Positions 1 through 8,846 are shown, counted from the first letter of the stretch. The stretch: 32,000 nt of DNA from Thermoproteus tenax Kra 1 (GCF_000253055.1 NC_016070.1:1809543-1841542); one strand, 5' to 3'. Notes: generated from the sequence alone by a model not told the origin. Numbers and translations: made by a program.

Positions 1-1605
1 AACGAAGTCGTACTCAAGATATCGGATCCCTACAGATATCCGGCCCAGATATCTATAAACGGAGAGTCTGCCGCCGTCATAGCTCCTGCCCGTCCCTTCG
101 TCGTAAATAAGACCGCCGATCTGTCTGTAGTGGTGGTGCCTTATTCGCAACAAGCAGCGTTGATTGTGGATGTTGAAAGCGCCGACTATCTGGGGAACCC
201 CGTCTCATACTCGTTCACAGTACCTCTGTCTGTGGCCCAGCCGCCGCCAGCCACTCTGAGCATGGTTCCGTCGACTTTGTATATAGGCCGGGCCAACAAT
301 GTGACCATAGAAATCTCCGTGCCCTTCAGAGCCAACGGCACCGCCGTCGTCACGCTGTCCGGCGCCTCCTCGGCCGAGTCCCCCCTCGTAGTGCCCATAG
401 CGGGCGGAGTCGGCATAGCACACGCGCAGATCACGCCGTTGCAGTCGCCTGTGGTTCTTCAGGCCGTAGTCTATTATTCGGTCATGGGCTTTCAACAGAG
501 CGCGCAGATTTCGGCCGAGGTGAACGCGATTCAACCGCAGACGCCGCTCGCCTCGCTCTACATCGCGCCGCAGATGCTAGTGGAGAATTCGCCGAACAAT
601 TTGACTATAGTAATCAGAGCCGATGGGCCTTTCAACTCCTCGGTCACGATCTCCGGAGCCTCCGCCGAGGTACCCATGCCCATATATATCTCGGGCGTGG
701 GCTATGCCGCATATTCACTAGTGGTCTACCCGACGTCGCCGCAAGTTGTTGTCACAGCCACAATACAGACGCGCGGCGGCACTCAACAATACACGGCGTA
801 TCTGCCCGCATCGTCGTCGAACGCGTTGTTGGTAGTGCCGACGCCCAGTCTAATCCCTGCGGGCGGCAACAGGACTGTATACATCAAGCTGATAAATCAG
901 GGGAACATCCCGGTGGAGCGCGGCGTTTTAGTCGTGGGGCCCGCCGCCGGCTCTCCGGCCCTGGGCAAGGTGGGCGTCTTCAGCTTCGGAGAGCTGGCGC
1001 CGGGCGAGTACTTAGACGTGCCTCTATCGTTTCTGGCGCCGGCTACCGCAAGCGGGCCTCTGCCGTTCCAATACACCATCTACTACTATACGCCCGCCGG
1101 CTCTGGCGTTGAACAAGGCAGCTTCTTCGTGCAAGTCTACCAACGCCCCTCAGTCCAAGTTCTGACCACCTCGGTCGTGCCCCAGACTCCTCAAGCCGGC
1201 TCGCCGCTCTTTATATCGCTCACTTTAGTGAACAACGGATACGAGACCGTTAACAACCTTGAGGTCGCGGCAGTGGCGCCAGAAGGGCTGACTCCGATGA
1301 CTCCTACGTTGAACTACGTCGGAAGCCTATCCCCCCAGCAGACTCAAGCCGTCACCTTTTCATTCAACGCCACGAGGCCCGGCGTCTACAACTTGAGCTT
1401 GGTGGTCGCCTATCAAGATCAATACGGGGCCTCCTACAACCTGACGGTGCCGCTCCACATCATCGTCGCCAGTGGCGCCGTAGCAACTACACAACAGTCT
1501 GGACAGCCCCACGGCGGCGCCGCCCTCGCCCCCATCTCGCTTGTCCTCGTCGTTGTCGTTGCCGCGGCCCTAATGGCCATAGGGATATGGCGGAGGAGGA
1601 GATAA
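1..1605 (+). CDS. Cell-surface glycoprotein (S-layer/CARDB-like repeats), 5'-partial, with C-terminal TM anchor
   Basis: Frame 1 has no stop from nt 1, so the gene starts upstream of the window and the listed GTG at 130 is probably internal. It has internally duplicated ~105-aa modules (NNVTIEISVP...TLSGASSAESP versus NNLTIVIRAD...TISGASAEVP). CARDB-like strands are present (YIKLINQGNIPVERGVLVV; ISLTLVNNGYETVNNLEV), along with many N-x-S/T sequons. The C-terminus is a hydrophobic helix followed by WRRRR. Confidence 0.6.
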   Translation, partial: NEVVLKISDPYRYPAQISINGESAAVIAPARPFVVNKTADLSVVVVPYSQQAALIVDVESADYLGNPVSYSFTVPLSVAQPPPATLSMVPSTLYIGRANNVTIEISVPFRANGTAVVTLSGASSAESPLVVPIAGGVGIAHAQITPLQSPVVLQAVVYYSVMGFQQSAQISAEVNAIQPQTPLASLYIAPQMLVENSPNNLTIVIRADGPFNSSVTISGASAEVPMPIYISGVGYAAYSLVVYPTSPQVVVTATIQTRGGTQQYTAYLPASSSNALLVVPTPSLIPAGGNRTVYIKLINQGNIPVERGVLVVGPAAGSPALGKVGVFSFGELAPGEYLDVPLSFLAPATASGPLPFQYTIYYYTPAGSGVEQGSFFVQVYQRPSVQVLTTSVVPQTPQAGSPLFISLTLVNNGYETVNNLEVAAVAPEGLTPMTPTLNYVGSLSPQQTQAVTFSFNATRPGVYNLSLVVAYQDQYGASYNLTVPLHIIVASGAVATTQQSGQPHGGAALAPISLVLVVVVAAALMAIGIWRRRR

Positions 1606-2255
1606 GAGTTGTCGATGTATACAAGAACTATGGACCATACCCGGCGTTGAGAGGCATCACCTACTCGATACCCAAGGGCATTTTTCAATGCATAGTGGGC
1701 CCCTCGGGCAGCGGGAAGACCACGTTGCTCCACATCATTGGGGGCATTGACAGACCGACCAAGGGGGAGGTCTGGGTGGCTGGGACTAGGCTGAACGATC
1801 TAAGCGATGACGAGCTGGCTGAGTTCAGAAACAGGAATGTGGGCTTCGTATTTCAATTATTTTATCTCGTCCCGCGCATGAGCGTGTTGGAGAACGTTGA
1901 ACTGCCCTTGGTGCTCCGCCGCATTCCCAAGGAGGAAAGGCGGAGGATGGCCCTCGAGGCGCTCAAGTTGGTGGGACTGGACGGAGTGGATCCCCGCAAG
2001 AGGCCGACTCAGTTATCAGGCGGCGAGCAACAGCGCGTGGCGATAGCGCGCGCCATAGTGGCCAGGCCCAGAGTGCTTCTTGCCGATGAGCCTACCGGCA
2101 ATCTAGATAGCGAGACGGCCGCCCGGATAATGGAGACCTTCCTCTCCCTCAAGAGGGAGCTCGGGGTAACCATAGTCATGGTGACGCACAATTTAGAGCT
2201 GTTGAAGTACTGCGATAGAACCGTGAGAATAAGAGATGGAAAGATAGTGGAATAG
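1587..2255 (+). CDS. ABC transporter ATP-binding protein (MacB/LolD-like)
   Basis: Walker A GPSGSGKTT, Q-loop, ABC signature LSGGEQQRVAIARA, Walker B LLADEPTGNLD, and an H-loop (VTHN). It overlaps the upstream gene by 19 nt. Confidence 0.9.
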   Translation: MAEEEIRVVDVYKNYGPYPALRGITYSIPKGIFQCIVGPSGSGKTTLLHIIGGIDRPTKGEVWVAGTRLNDLSDDELAEFRNRNVGFVFQLFYLVPRMSVLENVELPLVLRRIPKEERRRMALEALKLVGLDGVDPRKRPTQLSGGEQQRVAIARAIVARPRVLLADEPTGNLDSETAARIMETFLSLKRELGVTIVMVTHNLELLKYCDRTVRIRDGKIVE

Positions 2256-2310
2256 TCAGCACTCGGCAAAACTCTTCACGCCTCCGAGAGGTTCCCACTC
2301 ATCATACTCG
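2251..2310 (-). ncRNA. Candidate C/D box sRNA
   Basis: The minus strand reads cgagt-ATGATGA-GTGGGAACCTCT-CGGA-GGC-GTGAAGA-GTTTTGCCGAGTG-CTGA. This gives a perfect C box, a 12-nt guide, D' with one mismatch, a 3-nt spacer, C' with one mismatch, a 13-nt guide, and a perfect D box. A TATA-like TTAATATA (plus 2324-2331) lies about 20 nt upstream. The D box abuts the ABC gene stop codon on the opposite strand. Confidence 0.55.
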
Positions 2311-2386
2311 GCCGTTGGCCGACTATATTAAGCTTGTCGGCGGCCTCACGACATGCTTAATAGCGTTTAAATAGATCGATCTAGAT

Positions 2387-3127
2387 ATGACAGTGTTTCG
2401 TATCCTCGATAGATATAGCAGACAGATAGCGGTGATAGGGGAGGAGGGCCAACGCAAGATAAGGAGCACGTCTGTTGTGGTCTTCGGAGTAGGCGGCCTC
2501 GGCTCCCATGTGTCCTACTATCTGGCCGCCGGCGGCTTCCGGAGGCTGTATTTAGTAGACTCAGATAGAGTGGCGGTTTCAGACCTACATAGACAAGTCC
2601 TATACTCAACCAAGGACGTGGGCGTGGAGAAGGCAGTCGCCGCAGCCTCCAGGCTTGAGCAAGTGAACCCTGAGGTTGATGTGGTACCCATATCTGAGGA
2701 AATAACCCCGAGCCTTGCCGAAGAGCTCGTAAAGAAGTCCGATATAGCCGTGGACGCGTTGGACAACTGGCCGAGCAGACACGTCGTCAACAAGGCCGCC
2801 GTGAGTGCGAGGAAGCCCCTCGTGCACGGCGCCGTGCAGGAGTGGTATGGGCATATCACAACCATAGTGCCTGGCATCACGCCGTGTCTTGAGGAGCTCT
2901 TCGGGAGGTTCAAATCCTTGCCGGCGTGTGCGCAGGCAGGATGCCCTGTGTTGGGGCCCGTGGTGGGGACCGTCGCCGCGATCATGGCGGTAGAGGTCTT
3001 CCGTGCGGCGTTGGGCGCACCATCTCTGGCAGGTAAACTGTTGATTGTAGATCTGAAGCATATGGCCTTCGACATGATACAACTGCAAAGGGACGAGAAT
3101 TGCCCTGTCTGCCGCTATGTCCGTTGA
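2387..3127 (+). CDS. ThiF/MoeB/UbaA-type E1-like adenylyltransferase
   Basis: Rossmann motif VVVFGVGGLGSHVSYYLAAGG, followed by LVDSDRVAVSDLHRQ, which is typical of ThiF/MoeB. C-terminal CPVC. Length 246 aa. Confidence 0.8.
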   Translation: MTVFRILDRYSRQIAVIGEEGQRKIRSTSVVVFGVGGLGSHVSYYLAAGGFRRLYLVDSDRVAVSDLHRQVLYSTKDVGVEKAVAAASRLEQVNPEVDVVPISEEITPSLAEELVKKSDIAVDALDNWPSRHVVNKAAVSARKPLVHGAVQEWYGHITTIVPGITPCLEELFGRFKSLPACAQAGCPVLGPVVGTVAAIMAVEVFRAALGAPSLAGKLLIVDLKHMAFDMIQLQRDENCPVCRYVR

Positions 3128-3848
3128 CAGATTAACTCCGGCGCAGAGGCTGGTGCTCTACTACATGGCCTTCGAGGCGTTGTACAACGGAAGAGTCTGG
3201 CTGACTTTCGACGATATCAAGCAGGGCACTGGGCTGTCAGCGCGGGCTCTGAGGAGCGCGTTAGTCAAACTCAGGGAGATGGGCTATATAAACAGCGTTA
3301 TCGATCCCCTCAGAGGAAGGAGGCACCTCCACAAAGTACTCCTAGATAGGCTGTATCCCATGCCTGAGCTCAAAGGAGTTTTCTTGATAGACGGCAGCGC
3401 GGATCTGACGCCGGAGGCCATAAAAATTTTGTCGAACGCGGACATTGTCTTATACACAGACTCAGTGGATCCGAAAAGGTTGGAGGGATACGCTAGAGCG
3501 CTGAAGCGGTTCGACGGCAGAGTGCCCGAGGCCGGCCTAGTCGCCATAGTCTTCAATCCGTTGTTAGACCTCGAGCGGCTCCGCGACGTTGTCGGTAGGG
3601 CTAGGTACATATGTGCCTCCAATTCGGTCGACAAAGCTCTAGGCTCATGTTTGGCTTGCGGCATCGTCGACGTTGACTACGGGAAGTTTAGAATTAAGAC
3701 GATCGCCGACGAGAGGGAACTAGACGAGTTGGTCAAACGCTACGACGTAAGAGGCACTATCATGCTGCAGACGTGCGACGGAAAGAGGTACGAGCTTGTG
3801 GTTCTCTCAAGGCGCGATAAAGCGGCCGGAGCTCCACCTCGGAGTTAA
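3117..3848 (+). CDS. Hypothetical protein: N-terminal winged-helix domain plus C-terminal domain of unknown function
   Basis: It overlaps the ThiF-like gene by 11 nt, so the two are probably translationally coupled. A wHTH-like segment is present ([25 protein letters not shown]). The segment [28 protein letters not shown] loosely resembles the N-terminal motif of tetrapyrrole-type methylases but lacks the glycine-rich loop. Confidence 0.5.
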   Translation: MSVDRLTPAQRLVLYYMAFEALYNGRVWLTFDDIKQGTGLSARALRSALVKLREMGYINSVIDPLRGRRHLHKVLLDRLYPMPELKGVFLIDGSADLTPEAIKILSNADIVLYTDSVDPKRLEGYARALKRFDGRVPEAGLVAIVFNPLLDLERLRDVVGRARYICASNSVDKALGSCLACGIVDVDYGKFRIKTIADERELDELVKRYDVRGTIMLQTCDGKRYELVVLSRRDKAAGAPPRS

Positions 3849-3851
3849 AAG

Positions 3852-3861
3852 AATTTAAAAA
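3852..3861 (+). promoter_or_regulatory. TATA box for aIF5A
   Basis: AATTTAAAAA is centred about 24 nt upstream of the ATG at 3881, consistent with a leaderless transcript. Confidence 0.5.
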
Positions 3862-3880
3862 CCGGGTTGTCTCCCTCCCT

Positions 3881-4279
3881 ATGAGCACGAAGTATGTAGA
3901 GGTGGGCGATCTCAAGGAGGGATCCTACATAGTCATCGACGGCGAGCCCTGTAGAGTCGTTGAGATAGAGAAGTCGAAGACGGGTAAACACGGCTCTGCT
4001 AAAGCCCGAGTAGTCGCCGTGGGGCTCTTCGATAACGTGAAGAGGACTCTCAGCGTCCCTGTGGATACACAAGTCGAGGTGCCGATAATAGAGAAGTTCA
4101 CAGCCCAAGTCCTCGCTATATCTGGCGATGTGATACAACTCATGGATATGCGCGACTACAAGACGTTCGAGGTTCCGATGAAATACGTTGAGGACGAGGC
4201 CAAGGGCAAATTGACCGCCGGGGTCGAAGTGGAGGTCTGGCAGATATTGGACCGGTATAAGATAACGAGGGTCAAATAG
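3881..4279 (+). CDS. eif5a: Translation initiation factor 5A (aIF5A)
   Basis: Hypusine-site motif [14 protein letters not shown], 132 aa, OB-fold C-terminal half. Confidence 0.95.
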   Translation: MSTKYVEVGDLKEGSYIVIDGEPCRVVEIEKSKTGKHGSAKARVVAVGLFDNVKRTLSVPVDTQVEVPIIEKFTAQVLAISGDVIQLMDMRDYKTFEVPMKYVEDEAKGKLTAGVEVEVWQILDRYKITRVK

Positions 4280-4856
4280 TCTCTTGGGGCGGAGGCGAGG
4301 CGAAGAGGTAATACGGATCTTTCTCTTGGATCTCGGAGAGTATTCTGTTTACTACCAGTTCGATTGGATCAACGCCTAACCTCTGCCTTATATCCTCGAA
4401 GCTTTGGAAGGGCCTCTTCTTTCTTTCGGCCAATATCTCCTGTAGCTTCTTCTTGCCTATCCCGTGGAGCAGCTCGAAGGAGTGCATCTTAAGCGTGATG
4501 GGACCTGCCTTATTGAACCAATCGACGAACTTCTGCTCGCGGCTCGCCACTATCTGTCTAACCAACTGTGGAAGGAGCTCTCTCGCCGGCGGCTGTAGAT
4601 CCTCATATCTGATCCTTCTTACTATCTTGTCGACTTTATCCCTCTGGCCTGCGCCTACATAGACTCTCTCCCCCAGCTCGACCTTAACCCCCGGCTTAAG
4701 AGTCACCTCCAACAGAGTGAAGTACTCCTCGCCCAACAGATGGGCGAAAGTGGAATCCCTTGGGAACTCCCTCCTCACTTTGGCCGGCAACTTATATGCG
4801 GCTAGCTCGGGGGGCAGTACGTCTAATACATAGGCATACTCCTCCCTCCTCCTCAT
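4272..4856 (-). CDS. DUF655/COG1491-type predicted RNA-binding protein (HhH)
   Basis: It sits in the conserved archaeal neighbourhood downstream of Rpo4/F with a 4-nt overlap. A helix-hairpin-helix-like segment is present ([18 protein letters not shown]). Confidence 0.65.
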   Translation of the reverse strand: MRRREEYAYVLDVLPPELAAYKLPAKVRREFPRDSTFAHLLGEEYFTLLEVTLKPGVKVELGERVYVGAGQRDKVDKIVRRIRYEDLQPPARELLPQLVRQIVASREQKFVDWFNKAGPITLKMHSFELLHGIGKKKLQEILAERKKRPFQSFEDIRQRLGVDPIELVVNRILSEIQEKDPYYLFASPPPQETI

Positions 4857-5194
4857 GACTTGATAATCTTCAACATCTCCTTGATTTCGTCGTCGGAGAA
4901 CTCCCTCCGCTCCAACATCTGAAGCAACATTTTGAGTTCCTCTACGTCCTCGGGCAGTATGTTGACCAACTGGATGGCTGTCACTCTGGCGAAGCCGAAC
5001 CTGGATATAAGCTCCTCCACCTTAGACTCGGCGGCGTTTGCGTCTATTGCAGTGACTTTCTCGAGGAAGTCTATAGTCTTTCGTTGCACCTCGGTCGTCT
5101 CATAGGACTGGGAGAAGGCGCGGAGTATGTCGAGAGCTTTGGCGTTGGTTATGTCCTCAGATTTACGTATCTTCTTAACGCTCACGTATAGCAA
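4853..5194 (-). CDS. rpoF: RNA polymerase subunit Rpo4 (RpoF)
   Basis: About 110-aa helical acidic protein in the classic L21e / RpoF / DUF655 neighbourhood. The listed TTG start at 5194 is only ~16 nt from the TATA box, so the GTG at 5185 may be the real start. Confidence 0.6.
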   Translation of the reverse strand: MLYVSVKKIRKSEDITNAKALDILRAFSQSYETTEVQRKTIDFLEKVTAIDANAAESKVEELISRFGFARVTAIQLVNILPEDVEELKMLLQMLERREFSDDEIKEMLKIIKS

Positions 5195-5204
5195 CTAATG
5201 GGGG

Positions 5205-5214
5205 AATTTAAATA
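5205..5214 (-). promoter_or_regulatory. TATA box for the rpoF operon
   Basis: AATTTAAATA lies in the 88-nt divergent intergenic region. Confidence 0.45.
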
Positions 5215-5255
5215 TCGCCTTGATGCCCTCGGCATAGCCCCCGGTCGGGGCAAAA

Positions 5256-5267
5256 CTTAAATAAAGG
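5256..5267 (+). promoter_or_regulatory. TATA box for rpl21e
   Basis: CTTAAATAAAGG is centred about 22 nt upstream of the ATG at 5283. Confidence 0.45.
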
Positions 5268-5282
5268 CGTCACCGAGGGGCC

Positions 5283-5579
5283 ATGCCCAAGCGCACTCAC
5301 GGATATAGGTACAAGAGCAGAAAGTTGCTGTCGAAGGGGCCTAGGGAGAGGGGTCCTGGCGGACTATCTAGGTTGATGTATGAATACAAGGAGGGAGATA
5401 GAGTGGTGATAGATATAGACCCTACCTATATAACAAATGCTCCCCACAGAAGATATCAGGGACGCGTGGGGCTCGTCGTTGGAAGACAGGGGGCGGCCTA
5501 CATAGTTTTAGTCGAGGTGGGATCCAAGGTCAAGAAGTTGGTGGTCCCGCCCGAGCATCTAGTGCCCTTTAGGGGCTAG
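5283..5579 (+). CDS. rpl21e: 50S ribosomal protein L21e
   Basis: N-terminus MPKRTHGYRYKSRKLL and an SH3-like body, 98 aa. Confidence 0.9.
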   Translation: MPKRTHGYRYKSRKLLSKGPRERGPGGLSRLMYEYKEGDRVVIDIDPTYITNAPHRRYQGRVGLVVGRQGAAYIVLVEVGSKVKKLVVPPEHLVPFRG

Positions 5580-6325
5580 GGAGGGAGCTGTTGATCCTCT
5601 CCGCCTGTATAGTGGAGTTGTATGGCATAGTAGAGCCTATCGATGCCCGTGCCACTGAGCGCCGACACAAACACTGCGTCTCCGAGGCCCCCCGCTGCCG
5701 AGACCGCCTTGATGATATCTCGTTCCAACGAGCCCAACTGTAGAGAGTCTGCCAACATCTCAGCATCGCTGATCCAGTCGTTTATCCTCTCTATTTGTTC
5801 CTCGCCCAATAAATCCATTTTATTGACTGCGAATATCTGCGGTAACTTGAACCTTATCCTCGCCGATATGGCCAACAGCGCAGTGCTTGCAAAGCCCTCT
5901 GGCGTCTGCATGTATGTTCCATCGCCTACGTACACGACCACATTGTGGGTGTCGGAGAGCCTCCTCACGAGGTAGGGGCCGCTCTCTCTAAAGGCGAACA
6001 GCTCCATTTGGCCTGGAGTATCCACTAATACCACCGGGGCGCCTACCGCGTTTATCTCCTCCTTTATTCTCTCGCCCTCGGCCACAGCCATGTCGATCGA
6101 GGCGATGATGGAGGCGTTGGGGCCCAACTTGAACTGTCTCATAATCTTCCGGGCGTTTATCTTGTCGCGTATATCTACGTCGGGCACATATGGGAGATAC
6201 TCGGCTGCTGGGTCTAGATTTACCACAGCTACATCGTACCCTTGTTCGTCCATCCAGTTATAGAGCGCCGATACTAATGTCGACTTTCCGCTCCCCGCGG
6301 TCCCTATAAAGAAGACCATTAACAT
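5576..6325 (-). CDS. GPN-loop GTPase
   Basis: P-loop GTAGSGKST, the diagnostic GPN motif (KLGPNASI), DTPGQMELF switch II, and NKMD. Confidence 0.9.
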   Translation of the reverse strand: MLMVFFIGTAGSGKSTLVSALYNWMDEQGYDVAVVNLDPAAEYLPYVPDVDIRDKINARKIMRQFKLGPNASIIASIDMAVAEGERIKEEINAVGAPVVLVDTPGQMELFAFRESGPYLVRRLSDTHNVVVYVGDGTYMQTPEGFASTALLAISARIRFKLPQIFAVNKMDLLGEEQIERINDWISDAEMLADSLQLGSLERDIIKAVSAAGGLGDAVFVSALSGTGIDRLYYAIQLHYTGGEDQQLPP

Positions 6326-6612
6326 TACCTCCTCAGATTCGCGATCTCTCTGGCAACTCTTCTAGCTAGCTCCCTTATATCCTCGGCGTAGACGACGAAG
6401 TAGCCCTGACCTCTCTCGTCGTACCACAAGGCGGGGTATTTCTTGTCTTTGTACGCCTCAAATTTTACGTTCAAGCGCTCTAGAGCTTTGGCCACCTCCT
6501 CGAACGTAGGTCGCGGCACGGCAGAGTCCCTTGGGATTATTCTACCGAGCGAGCGAGGGACCGTTGAGTCTATATATACGAGCCAGAATATCCTCCCCTC
6601 CTTTCTCCTCAT
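6325..6612 (-). CDS. srp19: Signal recognition particle protein SRP19
   Basis: 95 aa. The pattern IFWLVYIDSTVPRSLGRIIPRDSAV...KKYP is typical of archaeal SRP19. Its stop overlaps the GPN gene start as TAATG. Confidence 0.8.
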   Translation of the reverse strand: MRRKEGRIFWLVYIDSTVPRSLGRIIPRDSAVPRPTFEEVAKALERLNVKFEAYKDKKYPALWYDERGQGYFVVYAEDIRELARRVAREIANLRR

Positions 6613-7007
6613 TCAACGAGTACTGCGTTGATAACTCCGTGTTGGCCCGGTCTCGAGACTACTACGGCTCTGCCCACCTCCGTCTGAATTATAGCGCCCT
6701 TAACTATCTGGTTCTTCTTGGCGAAGTCAGGGTTGGCGGGAGTTGAGACGACAGAGACTATCTTGGCTTTGACCATCCTCTTCTCCTTAGGTATATAGAC
6801 GTTGGCATACTGGGCCGACTTAAGTCTGATCTTCATATTGCCCCCGGCGACTCTCTCCACTTGGATCTGCTGGGGACCCACCTCTGGCACTTTCGGCGGG
6901 CCGCCACAGAGGGCCTTGCGCTTCACCTTGGCCACTCTCCCCTTGACGCCGCCGCTGGGCTTTCTTAGATCATTGCCCTGATAGTAAGCCGCCGATTTCA
7001 CAAGCAC
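6609..7007 (-). CDS. rps8e: 30S ribosomal protein S8e
   Basis: YQGNDLRKPSGGVKGR...KRK motif, 132 aa. A TATA-like AAAATTTTTAAC lies ~30 nt upstream. Confidence 0.85.
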   Translation of the reverse strand: MLVKSAAYYQGNDLRKPSGGVKGRVAKVKRKALCGGPPKVPEVGPQQIQVERVAGGNMKIRLKSAQYANVYIPKEKRMVKAKIVSVVSTPANPDFAKKNQIVKGAIIQTEVGRAVVVSRPGQHGVINAVLVE

Positions 7008-7056
7008 CCGATAAGACCAAGTTAAAAATTTTGAGCCAATGCGTCCGATAAAGACG

Positions 7057-7959
7057 CTATATCGAGATCTCTATATAGAGTCTCTTGCCCAACTCATTTA
7101 AAAGCTCTCTGATAGGAGTCTCCGTGGACTCCGCCGCCCTTGCCACATCCTTCTGAGTCACTTCCAGACCGGCTATGAAACAGGCATAATAGACGGCTAC
7201 GGCCGCCAAGGCCTGCGGCTTCCTGCCGTTCCTTATACGCGGCGACGACATGATATATTTCAAGAGATCCGAGGCTATCTTCTGGACCTGCGCAGCGATC
7301 TCTCCGTCGAGTTTCAACGCCGAGACTATGCGCGGCAAGTAGACTCTCGGGTCAACTCTGGGAACTTTCTCTCCAAGTTTGGACATATATTTTAGAAACT
7401 CCATGTAGGCCGACATAAACCGGCTTCTGTCCAGACCCGCCTTCTCTATCAGAGATCTGTAGGTCACTGCGCCCAGCCCATGGCGCTTCACTGCGAAGTA
7501 GAGCGCTGCGGCATATCCCTCCCTCCTCGACGCTTTATAGCCGGCGTCGTACGCCTTTCTATATAGCGCAATGGCCTCGTCTACAAGCGCCCTCGGTATT
7601 CCCAAAATATGTCTCAGCGATTCGTAGAACTCCCTCATCTCCGCCTCCAACCTCTCCGAGGGAGAGGGGATAGGCTTGACTGCCTCCCTGAGCTTAATGG
7701 CGCGGAGTTTGTCGCTCAGCTTGGGCTTGCCCACTTTAATATCGCCTAGCTCGGTGCCAGATGTGCCAACGAAGGCGCGGGACGACTCAGGCCTCCTCCA
7801 CTCAGGGCCTAGATCCACTACGTTCTCCCTAATTACGGCGCCGCACTCTGTACAGACTATAGAGCCTCTCTCGTCATCTATCTTTACCTTATTTACGGCG
7901 CCGCACACCGGGCATATTAGATCCTGCTCTGCCAAATCGGCTAGTATTCGCCTAGTCAT
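7057..7959 (-). CDS. tfb: Transcription initiation factor TFB
   Basis: N-terminal Zn ribbon CPVCG...CTECG, a B-reader/linker, and two cyclin-fold repeats. 300 aa. Confidence 0.95.
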   Translation of the reverse strand: MTRRILADLAEQDLICPVCGAVNKVKIDDERGSIVCTECGAVIRENVVDLGPEWRRPESSRAFVGTSGTELGDIKVGKPKLSDKLRAIKLREAVKPIPSPSERLEAEMREFYESLRHILGIPRALVDEAIALYRKAYDAGYKASRREGYAAALYFAVKRHGLGAVTYRSLIEKAGLDRSRFMSAYMEFLKYMSKLGEKVPRVDPRVYLPRIVSALKLDGEIAAQVQKIASDLLKYIMSSPRIRNGRKPQALAAVAVYYACFIAGLEVTQKDVARAAESTETPIRELLNELGKRLYIEISI

Positions 7960-8105
7960 TTTCTCCTACCTCTTTTGGCTACGTCGCTCTCCTTTACATA
8001 TATACTTTGTCCCAACAGCGATTGGTCTATTGAGACCGGCCTCACTAGGCCGTAAGGGCTGTCTACTCTCCCGATTACGTCATAGATTGTGCCGACCCTC
8101 TTCAT
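7956..8105 (-). CDS. gar1: H/ACA RNP component Gar1 (short form; internal start preferred over the listed ORF start at 8210)
   Basis: MKRVGTIYDVIGRVDSPYGLVRP matches the Gar1 core pattern. It sits in the conserved Gar1-TFB position with a 4-nt overlap. A TATA box TTATATATTCC (plus 8122-8132) lies ~22 nt upstream of the ATG at 8105. The 35 codons upstream of that look non-coding. Confidence 0.65.
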   Translation of the reverse strand: MKRVGTIYDVIGRVDSPYGLVRPVSIDQSLLGQSIYVKESDVAKRGRRK

Positions 8106-8396
8106 AGAGTAAGTGTATACTGGAATATATAATGGGGGGACTGTAGATAATTTTACAACCAGATTCTTTAGATTAGTATAATGGTGAGCAATACCAATAC
8201 GTCTGAGCATAGTGTCTATAGCCGCGCGTTTATTAAAGGTTCCCCCCTAATTGTGATATCTTCTGTGTTATCCATCCTCCGCAGAACCACGACGTACGCC
8301 CTCCTTTATAACCGAAGGCCTCGCCCTTAGGGCGGGGAGTGCGGGTCATGCCGCTAGGATCCCCTTAGATATTTTTATTAATGGTCAATTGACTCC

Positions 8397-8846
8397 GTGG
8401 GCGAGGAAGTCGCTAATGAGGACGAGACTCTGACGGAGATTGAAATACAGATACTCCAGGGCATCGAACGCCTCGGCGGAAGCTATCAACAGAGGAATCT
8501 ATGGAAGTACATAGGCATTGATAGTAAGACAGGTTTGCCCATATTGAGCAGGCTTGAGAAGAGAGGTTTGATAAAAAAGGAGAGAGTTGGAGGCGAGAGG
8601 AGGGGGGTCTACGTGATCAAGCTCACGGAGAAAGCGTATAAACTGCTGTCTGAGCTAAGGGAGAAGGCCGAGGAGGGCGGTGGTCCCGCCGTTGAGAGAC
8701 TCAGCGAGGAGCTCAGAATTCTCCTCTCGATACCGTGTACCGTCTGTCCCTATATAGATCGGTGTGGCTTCGGCTTCATAGACCCCTTACATTGTGACCT
8801 ATTAACAAGGTGGTCTCTGTCGCTACAAAATGAGCGAGCCTATTAG
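8397..8846 (+). CDS. Winged-helix protein with C-terminal 4-Cys cluster (TFE-beta/RPC34-like candidate)
   Basis: A wH segment (ILSRLEKRGLIKKERVGGERRGVYVIKLTEKA), then a charged linker, then C-x2-C-x5-C-x10-C (CTVCPYIDRCGFGFIDPLHC). A TATA box ATTTTTATTAAT at 8371-8382 precedes the GTG start. Confidence 0.5.
   Translation: MGEEVANEDETLTEIEIQILQGIERLGGSYQQRNLWKYIGIDSKTGLPILSRLEKRGLIKKERVGGERRGVYVIKLTEKAYKLLSELREKAEEGGGPAVERLSEELRILLSIPCTVCPYIDRCGFGFIDPLHCDLLTRWSLSLQNERAY

Noticed and set aside
8106-8210. The upstream 35 codons of the Gar1 ORF.
   Set aside because: They contain the TATA box that fits the ATG at 8105. Their peptide (MLRRIGIAHHYTNLKNLVVKLSTVPPLYIPVYTYS) has no Gar1-like character.
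8221-8396. A possible ncRNA (H/ACA or other) in the long Gar1 / wHTH spacer, including the hairpin CCTCGCCC-TTA-GGGCGGGG at about 8309-8327.
   Set aside because: I could assemble no C/D boxes, no ACA-terminated pocket structure and no tRNA features. A single short hairpin with a 3-nt loop is not enough evidence. It remains worth an RNA-seq look.
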